From positions 124,001 to 188,000 of the forward strand of contig JAQGDQ010000419.1 of the NCBI GenBank assembly GCA_030141605.1: DNA of 64,000 nt, written 5' to 3'. The notes under the pieces are model-generated. The model searched no databases, was not told the origin of the DNA, and saw only the letters and a program-made list of their open reading frames with translations. The position numbers were made by a program, and so were the translations under genes. This stretch comes from Tubiluchus corallicola (Eukaryota > Animalia > Priapulida). Positions 59,214 through 64,000 of this stretch are shown here, piece after piece; position 1 is the first letter of the stretch, and each line of letters starts with the position of its first letter.

Positions 59214-60860
59214 TTATAGGCCTACAGTAAGAAAAATTCCAAATAAACAGAGGCAAGCATTCAGAATTTTTAAAACTTGAACAGCGCTAGAGTGAAAGAC
59301 AGGAAGTTGATTGGCTGGATTCTCAGGATCACAAAACAGTGACAGTGGCATTTCGTCCGAGTCATGTCTATAATTTGGTACTCCACAATCAAATACTGAA
59401 GCAACCCACCATTCCGACTTCAACCATTTCATGCTACAGTTACAGTGCAGGGGGCTAGCTGAAAATGCGAAATTAAACGTTCAAATAGTTTATTTCTTCA
59501 TCAACAATGCGCAAAACATTTAATTTACAAAATTTCAGCATTACTTTCTGACTTTTTATCACCACCTCTCAAGTTCTGTCAACATATTGACTAATGACGA
59601 CTAATTAAATAGAGATTATGACGGCGGGCTTTACTTTCTTACTGGTTCTCTGTTCTTTATTTAAACCACTATTACTTCAACAATTCCCAAACTAGTACTC
59701 CTAGCTGAGCGGTGAGGTAGTAGTATACAGATATTAGTAGTTTAGAAACTGAATCAGTTTCTCATAGGTACTTTTACAGGGCGTACCTTGAGACAAAAGA
59801 TGTGGGTTCGAATCACGAGTGGTATCTTAAGTGTCGGTCTTGAGTTACTGTTATTGCGTTTAGCTAACAAAGTGTGAGCTATTCATAACAATTTTACTAT
59901 TTAAATACTTCTTAAACGTTCACAAAAAAAAACGCACTCCAAGATACATATTTTTGTGTATAAAGAACGATCAAAATTTAATGAACAAATTTGTGATGAT
60001 TAAAAGATAATTTCCAAAATCAATCAGAATGCTGCACTCCCTTTTGGTTTAAAATTAAAAGTATTTTCAAGGGCAGTCTCTCAGGAAACAAGATTATACT
60101 TAATCACTAGAGTGTAGCTGTTTTTCAGTAGAGCGTACCTAAATCATGTTATACTTTAAACAACAAACCTTCAAATTGTTGCAAAACTAACAAAATTATT
60201 AAGTGAAGAGTGTCACTAAAGACAGATGTGACATTCGATTTTCTTTTTTGTACGTTTGAGTGATTAAGCCTATTCATGCTTACTTTTTAAATTTAATACT
60301 ATATCTGTGGGATATCGTCTTTGATGAAGTAATGGCTTTTGCATAAATTGAATACTTGTCTCAATGAAGATGATTGATGCAATTTTATAATTGTTGGATA
60401 GGTCCAGGTCAGCATTTACTAACTGTTTACAATCCATGATAATTATCTGTTTTACGTAATTCATTTCGTAAAAAGCTCTTGGATGAATCGTCCTTAACTT
60501 GTCATTGTGAGAAATCGTGATGCTTGTTCTGATATGATAGTCAGTTCAGCCACATCTTTTTTATCAAGAAATTTTGCAGGTAGGTCCCTCGACTTGTAAT
60601 TCAAAATTTTCAGCATCTGCACACCGCAGGCAAGGCATTCCAAATCAAAATTAGTTTTGCCTTGAATAGTTGTGCTTCAAGCTCACCACATACGACATTG
60701 CATTCGCCAAGTGGAGACCGGGCCTTTGAATTCCAAGATCTGCATTCTGCCATGGACACATCGCATGGATAATATGATATACTTATCGGCGTTACTGGAT
60801 GCGGTGTTAATGTGCTTGTTGTTTATGTGCTTAGCCTACGGGCTAACAGCTATAACCTAT
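59214..60860 (-). pseudogene. Leucine-rich-repeat (LRR + LRRCT) cell-surface protein gene, probably frameshifted
   Basis: Exon ~60528-60284 (ITISHNDKLRTIHPRAFYEMNYVKQIII..LDLSNN..LNLK) splices GT-AG in phase 1 to 59458-59214 (TSPLHCNCSMKWL..C..C..hydrophobic tail*). Upstream LRR-like and Cys-rich text lies in other frames. Confidence 0.7.
59700..59825 (+). mobile_element. tRNA-derived SINE head remnant (tentative)
   Basis: A-box TAGCTGAGCGG and B-box GGTTCGAATC, with abnormally long spacing. Confidence 0.35.
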
Positions 60861-62699
60861 ATGAAAGCATTTCAGAAAGTAGATACGTCATTTATAAGTT
60901 TAATAGCCACACAATTACAAGAGCTGTTAGTAATTAATTAAGTAAAAGTGTAATTGAAAAGGTTTGTAACTTGGTTTTTGAATAGCGGGTGTGCGAAAGG
61001 GTGGGACAACTTGGCTATGATGTGTTTGATGTTGATGTTAAGCTAGAAAAATAGAAAGAGTGATGAAGAAGCTACCGAAAGAAATACGAAAGTGTTTGAG
61101 TCACGGGAACGCAAAAGTATAAATAATTTGTTCTGTAAGCTATAATTCAGCAATTATTAATATACTACAGATTTAATTTAAGTAATTAAAACACCCAATT
61201 ATTGCTTCAATCTTGCGCAGACGTTCTTTTGCTTCACTCATACTTGCACTGAGTGGGTGATCATGCAAGTTTAATAAACCATCTAGTTTTAACACTGTTA
61301 ATGCTCACTTGGATTTAGTTATGTTATTAGAATGTTAATGTCTAGATTAATGACGTTGCAAACCCAGCATTAGTTAAATTTTGATACCAAACTTGGAAGG
61401 CAGCAAAGGTGAAAAAGTTGTGATGTAACCTGGGATTGAACCACCGCATCTTCCGTCTATAAGAAAGATGGAGAAAATTAGATGCTATGATGTATGTCAT
61501 GTAAGCAGAATGTAAATCCAGCTACACTTGTTCTCATCCCTATCTGTTAAGTTTGGTATCAAAATTCAATTAATTTTCGGTCTGTGAAATCTTCATTTTA
61601 GATTACTGGGATATTGCTTTTTCCCTAGCAAGTACTATTATTCTGATTAATAAAAGGGAAAAGAAAAACGTTCAGTATAAATGATGTTGATTAAAATAGC
61701 TTAGATTGCCTACGTATTAAACAGTACTTATACATAATCTTTATTTATTTAAGTGGATTAACAAAGCAGTTATAACTAATAAAAGTCTCTCCACAGTGCA
61801 GGTGCTAGTCAGTCAGTGCATTAAAATACTAGTGCTACTATAACAATCGATAAGATTTTTAAAGCAAATAGCATCAATGAGGCATAGGTATATCAAATGG
61901 ACATACATATTTCAATTAGGCATAAGTATATCACCTGGGCAATAAACAATGCAGTAAATCATCTTAATTAAAAACTAGATGAATTCACATCAAAAGAAGT
62001 GCAAGCTCTCATCTGCAAGAACAATAGAAATATGTGCTATTACAGTTGCTAGACTCAATACTTATTTTACTTAAACCTTTTGGTTGATTTTAGAAAACTT
62101 CAAACTTTGGTAAATAGAGGCTCATTATTGCAAGAGGTCAATAAATTCATTACATAAATGATTAAAATTTACAATTTGCTCATAACTAACTAACGAAATT
62201 GTTAGAAGCAGTTCATTCGGGAAATATTGCATTCGTTTCCGTAACGTGTGTTACGATACATGGCATGCGACGTCATGATCATGTGACTGAACTACAGAGT
62301 GGTATTAAAATGACGAAAGCTAATTTACTTGAATTTGCATCAATTACATCAATTGAATTTACGTAACGTATTGTGTTAGATAGAATGTTATTTAAAGATA
62401 GTGAAAAGTAACTATAAAGTCTGTTTGGTACAGAAAATCTATTATTTTATGGTGAACATTTTATAATAAATATAAATATTTAATGTGAAAGTTAATAGTG
62501 TGACACAAGTTACATGATATGGCAAATTCAACTAAATCAGCTGACATTGGTAAGGTTACGATTCCACTATTAAGAGAAAAACTATGTGAATCATTCCCGA
62601 ATCAAATGACTATAAATGTTTTTTTTAGATTTAATACTTTATTTCAAACTTCGCAAAGCTCATAAACACATCACAAATTAATACAAATAATACAATAAA

Positions 62700-63915
62700 T
62701 CATGAAACACAACAATAACACAAATAACAATTAACTATATAACAAACTACGCCAATGACATCTAATTACAGAAGAAAATTTTACATCACTGTTTAAAATG
62801 TTTTTGCACATAAAATTTTCACTGTTATTCAGCCTGACATATAAACTGTATGCACATTTTCTGTGAATGACATCAAAATAAATAATATTAAGTCTAGTAG
62901 AAATATATCTTGCGCTCGTATCATATGAAAAGTTAAACAGCTTCCGTTTTGATACATTATATGCAACCTTGAGTTTGCTAATATTGTAAGAATAAAAATG
63001 TCTCCAAGTGGACATACAATAAAAAGTAGTGCAGTAAGCATTAAACAATTGTCTCTTCACGTTAACTGAACAGTGAGTAAATTTCCTGAGTAATTTATCT
63101 GCTCTACCATAGTAAATTGAACATTGTCGTAATATATCTAAATCATCTCTATTGTCATCTGATAAAATATGTCCCAGATATTTTTCCTTTTTACTAGGTA
63201 CAAAACTTTTACACTGCAAAGTAACAGACCCAAAAGTAAACTGCTGCATGTGGGCGGAGCGAAACGTGACAAGTTTAGTCTTATTCAAATTACAAGGATA
63301 TCATACCTGTATTCTTTAGCAAATTTATTAAAAATATCTAGCAGTCTCTGCAAAGCCGTCGAGGTTGTTGCTAAAAGACATATGTCATCAGCGTACATCA
63401 AGTGATTAATGCAGGCTTAAGCAATATGACAACCAACACCAGAGTTAGTAAGTGCAGCACTAAGATTTTTAAAAGTTAGAAGTTTAGAAGTTAAATAACA
63501 GTGGAGACATTTTTCCACCTTGACGAATTCCGTTACCTACTGCAAAACTATCAGAGTTAAATTTACCCCCATCTAACCAACATACGTTGTTCCGTGTAAT
63601 AAAAAAGCAAAAGTCTAATTACTACATTTGGTAGGTTAGTATTGACAAGGTTTAGGAACAGTTTGAGATAGTTTACTCTATCGAACGCTTTTGATGCATC
63701 AATAAACAGAATATGTACAGTGCTTTGTCGACTAATGTAATAGTCAAGCACCTCTTTTAAAGTATGGTTTTAAGTTTTCAACAAAACCAAACTGGTTTGG
63801 CGTGGTACTCAAACAAGAACTGTAACGATTTAGAAGCAGTATTTCTATAACTTTGCTTCCTACAGATGAAAGAGCAATAGGCCTATAGTTGTTCTTGTCT
63901 GTAATATCCCCATTT
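62700..63915 (-). mobile_element. Decayed LINE RT fragment (RTE-X-like)
   Basis: YRPIAL, FIDASKAFDRVNY, GIRQGG, HLMYADD, KYLGHILSDD motifs across several frames; simple-repeat 3' tail near 62690-62730. Confidence 0.85.
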
Positions 63916-64000
63916 GACTCACCAACTTGTGGAGAAAGAGGAAGTTTAGAATTGGTTTCTTTTTTAATAGATGTCCAAAATTCATAAGGGTTACAATGCA

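Noticed and set aside
59712-59740. let-7 microRNA gene
   Set aside because: Only 11 nt match, the 3' half diverges, the motif would sit on the 3' arm of a short 12-bp stem, and no miR-100/miR-125 neighbours were seen
61370-61570. Inverted repeat AATTTTGATACCAAACTT with an internal B-box-like motif
   Set aside because: Probably an old MITE or SINE fragment; boundaries and TSD cannot be defined

Overview
AT-rich eukaryotic (invertebrate, probably arthropod-type; inference) genomic DNA. Positions 52-43964 (minus strand) hold the 5' ~three quarters of a USP9X/fat-facets deubiquitinase gene. I traced 38 phase-consistent coding exons; one intron is GC-AG, and the gene runs off the left edge. Head-to-head with it on the plus strand (~46.9-57.7 kb) is a multi-exon chymotrypsin-family (S1) serine protease with an intact His/Asp/Ser triad and a GPI-signal-like tail. 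Converging on that, at ~59.2-60.9 kb (minus), is an LRR/LRRCT surface-protein gene that looks frameshifted. Introns carry many non-autonomous DNA transposons (Tc1/mariner-pogo, hAT, piggyBac, Kolobok and PIF-like ends), two decayed LINE RT fragments and four minisatellites. The most notable oddities are a palindromic intronic element with a minimal hammerhead-ribozyme motif, an ~85-bp satellite amplified from the protease's catalytic-His exon/donor junction, and an in-frame duplicated splice donor in USP9X.
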